From positions 1 through 47,603 of the forward strand of contig CAZPJY010000011.1 of NCBI GenBank assembly GCA_964587045.1: 47,603 nt of DNA, given 5' to 3'. Each line of letters begins with the position of its first letter. The stretch's first letter is position 1. The translations under genes were made by a program, and so were the position numbers. This document shows positions 1 through 8,770 of the stretch, piece after piece. The notes under the pieces were generated by a model, which was not told the DNA's origin, did not search any database, and saw only the letters and a program-made list of their open reading frames with translations. This DNA comes from an uncultured Methanosarcinales archaeon (lineage in GTDB: Archaea > Nanobdellota > Nanobdellia > Woesearchaeales > CAZPJY01).

Positions 1-282
1 ATAGTTTTCAGTAACCTCTGTTATCTCGTAGTGCAATTGACTGAACACACCCATCTCATTGTCGGTGAGTGCTGGTGATATTTCCAAGACATACTTTCCA
101 AGTTTTGAGTATCCAAAGGTTGCTTCCCAGGGCTGCTCGTTATCGCTACGTAGGGCATCACAGATGTTCAGGATGAAGCTTCCCTTTATCTTCTTCTGGA
201 AATGATGATTAATAATATAATATTTTTTTCCTCTTTCTATGGCTTGCTCCACTTCTTGAGAGTATCGAGGACCTAACACCAT
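1..282 (-). CDS. Hypothetical protein, 3' end truncated by window edge (MVLGPRYSQEVEQAIERGKKYYIINHHF...)
   Basis: Not in the ORF track. Translated manually: ATG at 282, strong SD-like GAGGAGGTGG just upstream, frame open for 94 codons to position 1. Confidence 0.7.
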   Translation of the reverse strand, partial: MVLGPRYSQEVEQAIERGKKYYIINHHFQKKIKGSFILNICDALRSDNEQPWEATFGYSKLGKYVLEISPALTDNEMGVFSQLHYEITEVTENY

Positions 283-312
283 ACCTGACCACCTCCTCGT
301 CCTGTGTGTGTT

Positions 313-981
313 CTAATCTGCCAACTTAGGATTCACCAGATAGTTGGTTTGCGCGAGAAAGTAGATGTTCTCTTCATTCAGCTTTAGATCACGATGATCA
401 GGGGCTCGGATAATTCCCGTCGCGATTTCTGCTGGCATCCCCCTAATAAAGTAACGTGGCATACTATATCCAAACCCTGTGATTGTGTGCCGTGTGTCGA
501 AGAGGTTGTAATCTTCGATTCTCTCCAAAGATTTAGGATCATCTTCATTTAAGCGTAAAACCTGCCATAAGGTCCTGTGGAGGTCAATATCTTTTCTTTT
601 TCCCAGAGGAACAGCAAATATGTCTCCTTGCCGTTGGGAGGGGCTTTTCAGTAAGTCCTCAAGGAACCTTATCCCTTGAGGTTTAAGGGCCCGGTAGAAT
701 AATTCTTCCCCACCTTTCAAATAAGCACCAAATGCTTTATCCTCAATTTGTACTAAAAATGGCTCTTCATCAGTGCCACCAAACCAGTAGCTCTTAGTAT
801 GTCTGTTACGTATATCCTCAAACTTAAATAGAAACTGTTGGTCCTTCAGGAGGGGCAAGTAGACACCACCATCTTCCAATGGAAGGTAAATATCACTGTT
901 ATCCCTACGAGGTTGAGCTTCATCCCAAATTATTCTCGCCGTACCTGCTTTTTTCGGTAGCTCGCGTATAACTGTTACCAT
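313..981 (-). CDS. Hypothetical protein (RQGD...H...DH motif protein)
   Basis: 222-aa ORF in an AT-richer block with TATA-like sequence upstream; no family confidently recognised. Confidence 0.7.
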   Translation of the reverse strand: MVTVIRELPKKAGTARIIWDEAQPRRDNSDIYLPLEDGGVYLPLLKDQQFLFKFEDIRNRHTKSYWFGGTDEEPFLVQIEDKAFGAYLKGGEELFYRALKPQGIRFLEDLLKSPSQRQGDIFAVPLGKRKDIDLHRTLWQVLRLNEDDPKSLERIEDYNLFDTRHTITGFGYSMPRYFIRGMPAEIATGIIRAPDHRDLKLNEENIYFLAQTNYLVNPKLAD

Positions 982-1017
982 ATCTTAGGGAAAATAAAGC
1001 TTATATTATTCATTTAT

Positions 1018-1033
1018 GGCGATAATTATCGCC
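1018..1033. promoter_or_regulatory. Perfect 16-bp palindrome GGCGATAATTATCGCC, candidate operator
   Basis: Seen directly; the core CGATAATTATCG recurs at 1725-1736. Confidence 0.6.
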
Positions 1034-1718
1034 TTTTTTTCATATTTATAGTGTACGTGAGTATCTTGTTCTCTGCCTTGCGCACATGCGCCTGGAAGGT
1101 AGAGAAAGACAGACCGGCGAGCGTTGCAAGCCGTTTCAGACTGGTCTTCCGGGGATAGGTGTAATAGCCCTGCTCCAAAGCAAGCTGCACCGCGTGTTCC
1201 TGCTTCACGCTCAGCGTTGGTAACATGGTGAAAAATCCCACCTGCGTGATTTTTTTCCTCTTGAGGTAACGGAGCTTGAGCCGGTAATGGATGGTCCCAG
1301 ACGAGAGGAGATCCTCAAGGTTCTTTCTCTTCAGGGAAGCCACTTCCCATTCTTCCCATCCGTCGTGACGGAAGAGAATCGGCTGATAATGGATAATCTC
1401 TTTGTTGTAGAAGACGGATACCTCTTTTTTTGATTCTTCGTTGACATCCTGTGAGGTGATGAGGATGAATAAATCCTTCTCTATCTCCAGCGATTCAATC
1501 TTTCTCCAGGTGCCACTTTTCTTCAGTCTGTTCAGGTCGCGAAAGAAGTTTTTCTTGTCCTGCTCCTTCCCCCTAACTGTGGCTGCGACCACAAAATAGA
1601 ACCTGTTGTTCTTCATGTAATGGTTGATGGGGTAATATAGGAGATCGATTTTGTTTTTAACGACGATACGACGAAACGCGCTTTGCTCGTCATAGACTGT
1701 AAAGGAACAAGTCCACAT
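1026..1718 (-). CDS. Transcriptional regulator with C-terminal HTH_10 (bacterio-opsin activator-type) domain
   Basis: C-terminal LSVKQEHAVQLALEQGYYTYPRKTSLKRLATLAGLSFSTFQAHVRKAENKI matches the archaeal HTH_10 pattern. Confidence 0.88.
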   Translation of the reverse strand: MWTCSFTVYDEQSAFRRIVVKNKIDLLYYPINHYMKNNRFYFVVAATVRGKEQDKKNFFRDLNRLKKSGTWRKIESLEIEKDLFILITSQDVNEESKKEVSVFYNKEIIHYQPILFRHDGWEEWEVASLKRKNLEDLLSSGTIHYRLKLRYLKRKKITQVGFFTMLPTLSVKQEHAVQLALEQGYYTYPRKTSLKRLATLAGLSFSTFQAHVRKAENKILTYTINMKKRR

Positions 1719-1724
1719 AATAAA

Positions 1725-1736
1725 CGATAATTATCG
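1725..1736. promoter_or_regulatory. 12-bp palindrome CGATAATTATCG between the TATA-like box and the start of the HTH_10 gene
   Basis: Seen directly; TTAAATA on the - strand at 1739-1745, ATG at 1718. Confidence 0.6.
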
Positions 1737-1790
1737 CTTATTTAAGTAACTATTGGTGTGAGGAATCAGAATATACTACCCCCAGTCGTA

Positions 1791-2396
1791 TTATACTCCC
1801 GGAGACAGCACCTCGAACGCGATCCTCGACCAGGTCTCGACCTCTTCAGCATCCATTATCCTCCTAAAGTCCTCGAGGGAGACCCACCTCCCTGTCTTGA
1901 TCTCCTCATCCTGCGTCTCCACCTTGACGCTTGCGGCTCTGATGAGGTAGAGCACACCGAAGTGCACCCGTCCGACCGGATTGGAGTCGTCATTGATGTA
2001 GCCGAGGACCTGCAGGTCGATATCTCCCGAGTAGCCGATCTCCTCCTCAAGCTCCCGGACGAGGCTTTCCCTCAGAGGGTCATTGCCCTCATGCGCTTCG
2101 ATGTGGCCTCCGAGGCCGAGGGACCAGAGATGCTCAAGCCTCGTGTCGCCGTGCGCCTTCGAGACGGCCGCACGCTGGTAGGCGAAGAGCTTCCTCGCGT
2201 CGGGGTCATACAGGATGCCTTACGCGATGGGCTGCTTATGCGTCTCGTCCCTCTCAGCATCTCCCCTGCGCATGTATTTCGCATTCGCGAGTATGCGTGA
2301 GACGTAGGAGCCGTCCACCCTGAAGCCATCGAAGCGATCATCCTCAAAGAGCCTGTCATTTGGCACGACCAGTATCATCCTGTCATTCTTGTCCAT
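1791..2396 (-). pseudogene. NUDIX hydrolase (YmaB/COG4112-like) interrupted by an in-frame TAA at codon 59
   Basis: Manual translation: MDKNDRMILVVP...RRGDAERDETHKQPIA*GILYD...WSLGLGGHIE...RELEEEIG...GYINDDSNPVGRVHFGVLY...ETWSRI. TAA at 2220-2222 falls where the family has Tyr (KQxIxY). Confidence 0.85.
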
Positions 2397-2402
2397 TGAG
2401 AA

Positions 2403-5039
2403 TCACTCGATATGTATCGCAGGCTTACCCGGAAGGGCCTGGGCGGCTTTTGTATCCTTCGCATCCTTCTCGTCGACAATATCGACGGCGCAGCCAAGGT
2501 CCAGCGCGCCAAGCGCCGCCCGCTCCTCGTCAGGGGAAAGCACGGTGAGAGGTACTTTTGAGGGATCCTTGAGGAAGCGGGGGACGAGCTTCGAGATCTC
2601 CTTGCCGTGGGGCTTGAGCTTCTGGTCATTCATCATCGCCTTGAGTATGGCACCGCCGTCGCGCGTGCCGGCAGCCTTGAAGGCAGCGACGAACGCGGCT
2701 TTCCACGGGTCCGCGAGCATGATGGTCACTCGCTTCGGCTTCTGCACCTTGATGAGACGCATGACCGAGAGGATGTCTGCGCGCACGGCGCGGACGAGCT
2801 CCTCCTGGGCGTCGAGCTTTTCGTCGATCTTCGACTCGTCATACGAAGGCCACTTCGCGAGTGAGATGAACGGTTTTTTTCCCATCCTTTCCCATAGCTC
2901 CTCGGCGAGGTGGGGAGTGAAGGGCGCCATGATGAGGAGGAGACGCTCGAACACATCCCTTTGGAGCTCATCTTCGGCGTGCAGGTAGTTCACGAGTTCC
3001 ATGAGATGGATGAGGGCTTGGTTGTACCTGAAGGATTCGATGCCCTTCGTCACGTCACGTATGGCCCCGTTGATCTTGCTCTCTTGGTTGGGCTTGGACT
3101 TCACGAGCTTCTTCTCCGCGAGCGCCCACACCTTCTGGAGGAAGCGGTAGGATCCTCCCACCGCCTGGTCGTCCCATTCCATGTCCTTGTCAGGGCTTGC
3201 GACGAAGAGCAGGAAGAACCTTGCGGTGTCTATCCCGAACTTTTTTGCGATATCCTCCTGTGTGACGACGTTTCCCTTGCTCTTGCTCATGACGACACCG
3301 CCCTTGTGCAGCATTCCCTGATTGAAGAGGTGCGGGCAGGGCTCGTCTATGGCAAGGAGCCCGAGGTCGCGGAGGAACTTGGTGAAGAAACGGAAGTAGA
3401 TGAGATGCATCGTGGCGTGCTCCTTTCCCCCGATGTACGTGTCTATCGGCATCCAGTATGCTGCCTTCTTGGGGTCGAAGGGCATCTTGCCGTTATGGGG
3501 GTCGGTGTAGCGCAGGAAGTACCACGACGAGTCGACGAAGGTGTCCATAGTGTCTGTCTCCCTTCGAGCAGGCTTCCCGCATTTCGGGCAGGAGGTCTTC
3601 ACAAAGGCCTCACACTGTTCGAGCGGGTTGCCCTTGCCGGAGGTGAACTGGAAATCCTCAGGCAGAAGGACGGGAAGATCTACTTCTGGAACAGGGACTA
3701 TCCCACACTTGCTGCAGTATACAATTGGTATGGGGCATCCCCAGAAGCGCTGCCTGGATATCAGCCAGTCCCGAAGCTTGTACTGCGTTGTGGCTCGTCC
3801 GAAACCTTGCTTTTCGAAGAACTTGATGAAACCAGGTATCGCCTCGCGGTTGTTGTCACCGTCAAACTCGCCGGAGTTGACCATGTTGCCGTCTCCCATA
3901 TACGCGCGGGACATCTTGTCAGCTTCCAAGTCGAAGTCAGGCGGGTTGATGACCACCTTGATTGGGATGCCGTATTTCTTCGCGAAACGGAAGTCGCGCT
4001 CATCATGAGCCGGAACAGCGATGATAGCGCCTGTTCCGTATTCATGCAGCACGAAGTTTGCGATGTATACCGGAATCTTCTCCCTGTTCACAGGGTTTAT
4101 CGCGTACTTCCCGATGAACATTCCTTCCTTTTCCCTGTCTTCTGCGGTCCGCATGAACCTGTCCTCAAGGACCACCTTCCGGACGAACTCCTTAACAGGC
4201 TTCTCATACTTGGTTCCCCTGACTAGGTCCATGACGTCCGGGTGCTCAGGGGCGTAGACCAGGTAGGTTATGCCGAAGAAGGTGTCTGGCCTGGTCGTGA
4301 AGACTGTTATCTTCTTGTCGGATCCCTCAATCTTGAAGTTTATCTCAGCTCCCTTGCTCTTGCCTATCCAGTTGCGCTGCATCGCCTTGACATCATCAGC
4401 CCAACCTTTGAGCTTGTCGATGTCCTTCAGGAGCTCGCCTGCGTACTGGGTGATCTTGAAGAACCACTGTTCAAGGTCCTTTACCTCGACCTCTGTGTCC
4501 TCATGACGCCAGCACTTACCGTTGTGCACCTGCTCGTTAGCCAGCACCGTGTCGCATTTCGGGCACCAGTTCACAATAGATTTCTTCTTGTAGGCGAGAC
4601 CCTTCTCAAACATCTTGAGGAATATCCACTGGTCCCACTTGTAGTACTCTGGAGTGTGGGACGCTACCATCCTGCTCCAATCGTATGACAGTCCCAGTTC
4701 CTTTTGCTGCCTGATGAAGCTCGTGATCGCCTTTTCTGTGAAAATCTTGGGATGCGACTTCGCCTTGATGGCAGCGTTTTCTGCAGGCAGCCCGAAGCTG
4801 TCATACCCCATAGGGTAAAGGACATTGAAGCCGCTCATCCGTTTGAACCTTGCATAGGCGTCTCCGATGCAATAGTTGCGTGCGTGCCCCATGTGAAGGC
4901 CGGAGCCTGAAGGGTAAGGGTACATCTCAAGAACGTAATACTTCTTTTTCTTCGGATCCTCAGACACCTTGAATATGCCAGCGTCCTCCCATGCCTTCTG
5001 CCATTTCCGCTCAATAGCGTTGATCTCGCCTGCCTCCAT
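2403..5039 (-). CDS. leuS: Leucine--tRNA ligase (bacterial-type core, archaeal-type C-terminus)
   Basis: YVLEMYPYPSG, HMGH, FTTRPDT editing motif, DWLISRQRFWG, GGKEHA, MSKSKGN; ends ALPGKPAIHIE. Confidence 0.97.
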   Translation of the reverse strand: MEAGEINAIERKWQKAWEDAGIFKVSEDPKKKKYYVLEMYPYPSGSGLHMGHARNYCIGDAYARFKRMSGFNVLYPMGYDSFGLPAENAAIKAKSHPKIFTEKAITSFIRQQKELGLSYDWSRMVASHTPEYYKWDQWIFLKMFEKGLAYKKKSIVNWCPKCDTVLANEQVHNGKCWRHEDTEVEVKDLEQWFFKITQYAGELLKDIDKLKGWADDVKAMQRNWIGKSKGAEINFKIEGSDKKITVFTTRPDTFFGITYLVYAPEHPDVMDLVRGTKYEKPVKEFVRKVVLEDRFMRTAEDREKEGMFIGKYAINPVNREKIPVYIANFVLHEYGTGAIIAVPAHDERDFRFAKKYGIPIKVVINPPDFDLEADKMSRAYMGDGNMVNSGEFDGDNNREAIPGFIKFFEKQGFGRATTQYKLRDWLISRQRFWGCPIPIVYCSKCGIVPVPEVDLPVLLPEDFQFTSGKGNPLEQCEAFVKTSCPKCGKPARRETDTMDTFVDSSWYFLRYTDPHNGKMPFDPKKAAYWMPIDTYIGGKEHATMHLIYFRFFTKFLRDLGLLAIDEPCPHLFNQGMLHKGGVVMSKSKGNVVTQEDIAKKFGIDTARFFLLFVASPDKDMEWDDQAVGGSYRFLQKVWALAEKKLVKSKPNQESKINGAIRDVTKGIESFRYNQALIHLMELVNYLHAEDELQRDVFERLLLIMAPFTPHLAEELWERMGKKPFISLAKWPSYDESKIDEKLDAQEELVRAVRADILSVMRLIKVQKPKRVTIMLADPWKAAFVAAFKAAGTRDGGAILKAMMNDQKLKPHGKEISKLVPRFLKDPSKVPLTVLSPDEERAALGALDLGCAVDIVDEKDAKDTKAAQALPGKPAIHIE

Positions 5040-5063
5040 GCGCCCAGAGAGTGCGCGGATAGT

Positions 5064-5071
5064 ATTTAAAT
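5064..5071. promoter_or_regulatory. Palindromic TATA-like box ATTTAAAT between divergent leuS and the 5090 ORF
   Basis: Sits about 20-25 nt from both divergent ATGs in a 50-nt gap; typical spacing for leaderless archaeal promoters. Confidence 0.55.
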
Positions 5072-5089
5072 GTTGTCCAACAGGTTTTT

Positions 5090-5527
5090 ATGTCCAGACG
5101 TCCTATCCTGCAACGCATGCTACTTGAGGATGACCAGTGGGTATGGGCCTACCGGCCGGAGAACACGGCTGACAAGGAGACCATTGGGAAATGGGTCCTA
5201 CATGGCAAAGTGAGGGCGCTGAGGCGCACCTTCGAGGACATCTCTTCGCTCGTCGAGGACGGCCTAATATACCGGGCGAAATACACCCACAAGAAGCACA
5301 AGGACGACCCCCTGTACAGTTGGGAACCCGTGCTCATCGTCTATGCCGATGATGCGACGAAGGAGGACACCTTGGCCCTGCTCCACAGGTTGGGGCTCCA
5401 GCCGGTAGAGTGGAAGTACGACCGGGAGACCGATGAGGACTGGAAGCCTGGAGGGAAGCTCCATGAGGCGGCGTTGAGGGAGCGGCGCCTGAAGGATCTG
5501 GTAAGGATATGGGAAGGGAAGCGATAG
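5090..5527 (+). CDS. Hypothetical protein, possibly DUF1917/BLES03 (eIF4E-like fold) family
   Basis: GKWVL...G.IYRAKY...VLIVYADD...LGL...WKYD pattern resembles DUF1917; recalled from memory, not searched. Confidence 0.5.
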   Translation: MSRRPILQRMLLEDDQWVWAYRPENTADKETIGKWVLHGKVRALRRTFEDISSLVEDGLIYRAKYTHKKHKDDPLYSWEPVLIVYADDATKEDTLALLHRLGLQPVEWKYDRETDEDWKPGGKLHEAALRERRLKDLVRIWEGKR

Positions 5528-5557
5528 ATTTTTATTCCTCTATCCGACAGTTCCATC

Positions 5558-6769
5558 ATGTTCGTCAAAGGTGAACTGCGGCTTCTGTGGAGGTTTTACC
5601 TCTATCGCTTCATCGAGCACATCCTCGGCATGGCGGCCCTACTGTGGACCGTGTATTTCGCAGCGAAGGGATTCAGCTATGCGGAGATAGGACTCGGCCT
5701 CGCCGTGCTCTCGGCGGGCACGTTCCTCTTCGAAGTCCCGACAGGCGCTGTCGCGGACATCAAGGGGAGGAGGTTCAGCGTCTCTCTCGGCTATGCGATA
5801 GTCGCGGTCGTATCGGCGACCGCGCCCTTCCTCTCGTCACTCGCCGCCCTGTGCGCGCTATTCCTCCTCTGGAGCGTGGCAATGACGCTCGTTTCCGGGG
5901 CCGACGTGGCCTGGGTGGTCGACCATCTCAGAGAGCACGACAGGGAGGACCTGGTGGGCACATTCTATGCGAGGGAGTCATCTTTCATGCACGCCGGTGT
6001 CATCATCGCTGGTCTCACCCTCACCGGGCTCCTCATGGTATTCAGAGACGGGCCGCGCTTCCTCGCGATGGACAAGGTGTGGTTCGTCCAGGCGGCAGGC
6101 ATGGCACTCGTCGCACTCATTGTCATCACAATCCCCGAGCATCGCGAGCGCAAGATCGTCACCGCATCGAGCACGTTCCATTTCTCGAAGGAGGGATTCA
6201 GGCATGTCATGGGAGAAAAGACGCTCCGGCCCCTCTTCATCTCCAGCATCTTCTTCAGCTTCTCGCTGGCAACATGGAGTTTCGCCTACCAACCCTTCCT
6301 AGTAGGTGCAGGGCTCAGCATCGCTGATCTCGGGTGGGCCCGCAGCGCCGCATCCATTGGGGGTATTGTGGCCGGACTCCTCGCCGCAAGGCTCACCAAG
6401 AAGGAGAATCAGTTCGCCGTCCTGGGATTCCTCTTCATCCTGCTCATGCTGATCTTCGTCTCTGTGCCGCTCACAGGGCACGTGCTGCAAGGGTTCCTCT
6501 TCTACTTGGTCATCTCCTTCATCGGGTACACCATATTCCCCCTGGAAGGGGCCCTGCCCCACAAGTTCATCCCTTCAGAGATGAGGGCGACCATCGGGTC
6601 AATAAAGAGCATGTTCGAATCTGGCGGCTACATTCTTGCTCCCTTGATCGCCGGCGTGCTGATAGATAGGAGCGGCACCCAACCCGCGATACTCCTCGCA
6701 GGGGCGTTCCTCCTCCCTGTCATCGGCATCTACTTCAAATTAGGAAGGAAAAGAATCAGAACTTCTTGA
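5558..6769 (+). CDS. MFS transporter
   Basis: About 12 hydrophobic segments; FEVPTGAVADIKGRR MFS motif A. Confidence 0.92.
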   Translation: MFVKGELRLLWRFYLYRFIEHILGMAALLWTVYFAAKGFSYAEIGLGLAVLSAGTFLFEVPTGAVADIKGRRFSVSLGYAIVAVVSATAPFLSSLAALCALFLLWSVAMTLVSGADVAWVVDHLREHDREDLVGTFYARESSFMHAGVIIAGLTLTGLLMVFRDGPRFLAMDKVWFVQAAGMALVALIVITIPEHRERKIVTASSTFHFSKEGFRHVMGEKTLRPLFISSIFFSFSLATWSFAYQPFLVGAGLSIADLGWARSAASIGGIVAGLLAARLTKKENQFAVLGFLFILLMLIFVSVPLTGHVLQGFLFYLVISFIGYTIFPLEGALPHKFIPSEMRATIGSIKSMFESGGYILAPLIAGVLIDRSGTQPAILLAGAFLLPVIGIYFKLGRKRIRTS

Positions 6770-6953
6770 ACTGGGCCGCTTCATCGATGAGGTCAACATT
6801 ACCCATAAACATCGCCCTGCAGCAGTATCTCGTCAGTCCGAGCTGGTCGAGGACTTTCTTTCTGTCCTCTCCCTTGTCCACCTTATCCTTGAAATCCTCC
6901 CATAGGTGACCTATGGGTTTTCCGCAACTCCAACATCTGACTGGTATTATCAT
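6756..6953 (-). CDS. rpoN: DNA-directed RNA polymerase subunit N (Rpo10)
   Basis: MIIPVRCWSCGKPI...LDQLGLTRYCCR; start placed at the ATG at 6953. Confidence 0.96.
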   Translation of the reverse strand: MIIPVRCWSCGKPIGHLWEDFKDKVDKGEDRKKVLDQLGLTRYCCRAMFMGNVDLIDEAAQFKKF

Positions 6954-6958
6954 GAGTA

Positions 6959-7360
6959 TCACCTATAAGATTTCTGCCTCTTCGCCCTCGCCTGGCCATG
7001 GCTGTTGGGTTTGGCGGGCTCTTTGCGCCTTACATCCGCCACGAGAAGGTGCCTGTCATATTTCAGGAATTCCTTTTCGAGGTTCTTGTCACCGGTCCAT
7101 TCGATAATACCACGGGCTATCGCGAGCCTGGAGGCCTCGGCCTGGCTTGTCATGCCTCCTCCACGCACGTTCACAGAGACGTCAACCTTTCCGAGCACCC
7201 CACCAGAAAGTATGATGGGCTCCTCAATCTTCTCCTTGGCTATCCTCGGACCATAGGCTGAGAGGGCTATTCTATTCACAGTCACTAATCCCGATCCAGC
7301 TCGTAGTGTGGCACGGGCAATGGCCCTTTTTCTCTTTCCTGAAGTGTGGACTACCTTCAT
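6959..7360 (-). CDS. rpsI: 30S ribosomal protein uS9
   Basis: SGKRKRAIARA, V.GGG, YDRHLLVAD.RRKEP, ARAKRQKSYR; start at ATG 7360 overlapping the uL13 stop. Confidence 0.96.
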   Translation of the reverse strand: MKVVHTSGKRKRAIARATLRAGSGLVTVNRIALSAYGPRIAKEKIEEPIILSGGVLGKVDVSVNVRGGGMTSQAEASRLAIARGIIEWTGDKNLEKEFLKYDRHLLVADVRRKEPAKPNSHGQARAKRQKSYR

Positions 7361-7770
7361 ATTGATGCCCCCAGGGACTTGCATACTGCCCCCACGCTTG
7401 TGAATTTCTTGTTTGGTATCTTTGACCTGTTGGCCTCTTCGATGGTCTCGGCCTTCCCTTCGAACTCCTTGGGAACTCCTATATAGCAGTGGACCCTCTT
7501 AAAGGCCTCCCTACCACGCGCGGTCTTCCATGGCAGCATCCCCCGGATGATCCTCCTGACAAACCGGTCAGGCATCCTCGGCTGGTACGGCCCCTGTAGT
7601 GGAACACCCCTGTTCCTCTGTCTCATGTACTTGGCTACAACCTCTTCAGGCTCACCTGTTATTATGGCTTTCTCAGCGTTCACTATGTGGACCTGCTCCC
7701 CGAGGAGGGCCTGCTTGGCCGCGACCGTCGCGATCCGTCCGATGATGAGGTCTTTTGCGTCGATTATCAT
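7357..7770 (-). CDS. rplM: 50S ribosomal protein uL13
   Basis: IIDAKDLIIGRIA, IVNAEKAIITG, GPYQPRMPD..VRR.IRGMLP.K..RG (archaeal type). Confidence 0.96.
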   Translation of the reverse strand: MIIDAKDLIIGRIATVAAKQALLGEQVHIVNAEKAIITGEPEEVVAKYMRQRNRGVPLQGPYQPRMPDRFVRRIIRGMLPWKTARGREAFKRVHCYIGVPKEFEGKAETIEEANRSKIPNKKFTSVGAVCKSLGASI

Positions 7771-7774
7771 GTGC

Positions 7775-8128
7775 TCAACCTATTATCTTGATATTCTTCC
7801 CCTTGGGATTCTTCTTCATGAGCTCGAGCAGGCTGATCGGCTGCCCGTTGGCCTTCTTTATCTTGTCGATTGCGCTTCCCGAGTAGGTGAATGCAGCTAC
7901 TGTAAGGCTATGCGGCAGCTCCCCTCCACCGAGGACCTTGCCTGGAACCACGACCATGTCCTTCTCCTTCGTGAACCTAGCCAGCCTGGACAGGTTGACA
8001 ACCCTCCTACGGCGTACAGGTTTCTCTAAGTCAGTCGCGAGCCTCTTCCAAATGTTAGCGTTCTCCTTGATGGAGAGCCGCTTCAGCTCTTCAATGACAT
8101 TTGACAATTGGTCGTTTTGCATCTTCAC
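7775..8128 (-). CDS. rpl18e: 50S ribosomal protein eL18
   Basis: IWKRLA..LEKP.RRRRVVNLSRL, VVVPGKVLG.G, VAAF..S.SA..KI. Confidence 0.95.
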   Translation of the reverse strand: MKMQNDQLSNVIEELKRLSIKENANIWKRLATDLEKPVRRRRVVNLSRLARFTKEKDMVVVPGKVLGGGELPHSLTVAAFTYSGSAIDKIKKANGQPISLLELMKKNPKGKNIKIIG

Positions 8129-8676
8129 ATCCTATCCATCACGCCGCCAACCCTCTGCTCGAAGGACGGTTGCGCTTCCGCCTGCCTGGCGCGGGTCGCC
8201 TGGTCGCTGATGAAGGTGACATAGTTGACTGCGTTGGAGACGTACTCCATATCAATCTTGTCAAGCCCTGCGTTAGTCAGTTCGGCCTTGACGGTCGAAT
8301 ATTTTAGCAGGCCTCCGAGACCCTCGGTTGAGTAGGTGATACGCACAACGCTTTTGTACGTTACAAGAGTGCCTGCGCTTCCTGGTTTGTGCACCATGAT
8401 TCCGTCGTCACCGACATCCCATTGGATGCCGAGGAAAGGTGTTATCTTCAGCACGGACCACAACATGGTGGCCAGGGCGCCAACCAAAGCGAGCCCCAAG
8501 ATTATGGTGCCCTGCTCTGGGATGGCGATTCCAAGCGTGTCTCTCAACACCTCCAAATCGACGATCTGGACTATGTACCTCGCGGCCAACCAGATGGCCA
8601 CGATGATTACGACGGCTACAGGTATCCTCTCGACGAGGATTTTTCCCATATCCGGTCGCATCTCATATGTTACCAT
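8125..8676 (-). CDS. Hypothetical membrane protein (2 TM helices plus a possible PH-like beta domain)
   Basis: Two hydrophobic segments then a beta-rich region; stop overlaps the eL18 start. Confidence 0.7.
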   Translation of the reverse strand: MVTYEMRPDMGKILVERIPVAVVIIVAIWLAARYIVQIVDLEVLRDTLGIAIPEQGTIILGLALVGALATMLWSVLKITPFLGIQWDVGDDGIMVHKPGSAGTLVTYKSVVRITYSTEGLGGLLKYSTVKAELTNAGLDKIDMEYVSNAVNYVTFISDQATRARQAEAQPSFEQRVGGVMDRM

Positions 8677-8678
8677 TA

Positions 8679-8762
8679 TGCGGGGGACGGGGTTCGAACC
8701 CGCGCAGGCACTAAGCCACTAGGCCCTCAACCTAGCCCGTTTGACCACTCCGGCACCCCCGC
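8679..8762 (-). tRNA. tRNA-Leu(GAG), CCA not encoded
   Basis: GCGGGGGTGCCGGAGTGGTCAAACGGGCTAGGTTGAGGGCCTAGTGGCTTAGTGCCTGCGCGGGTTCGAACCCCGTCCCCCGCA: anticodon stem CTAGG/CCTAG, loop TTGAGGG, long variable arm, GTTCGAA T-loop. Confidence 0.96.
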
Positions 8763-8770
8763 AGTGGTCT

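Noticed and set aside
2220..2222. Stop-codon reassignment (TAA read as Tyr)
   Set aside because: TAA terminates many well-defined genes in the window (e.g. rpoD, uS11, guaB); only one in-frame case was seen.
1758..2300. 180-aa + strand ORF
   Set aside because: Antisense shadow of the interrupted NUDIX gene; no motifs.
2910..4226. 438-aa + strand ORF and many similar long antisense ORFs
   Set aside because: Shadows of real genes (here leuS) caused by GC-rich codon bias.
8679..8762. tRNA-Leu as the attachment site of an integrated element
   Set aside because: No integrase and no duplicated tRNA 3' end noticed in the window.
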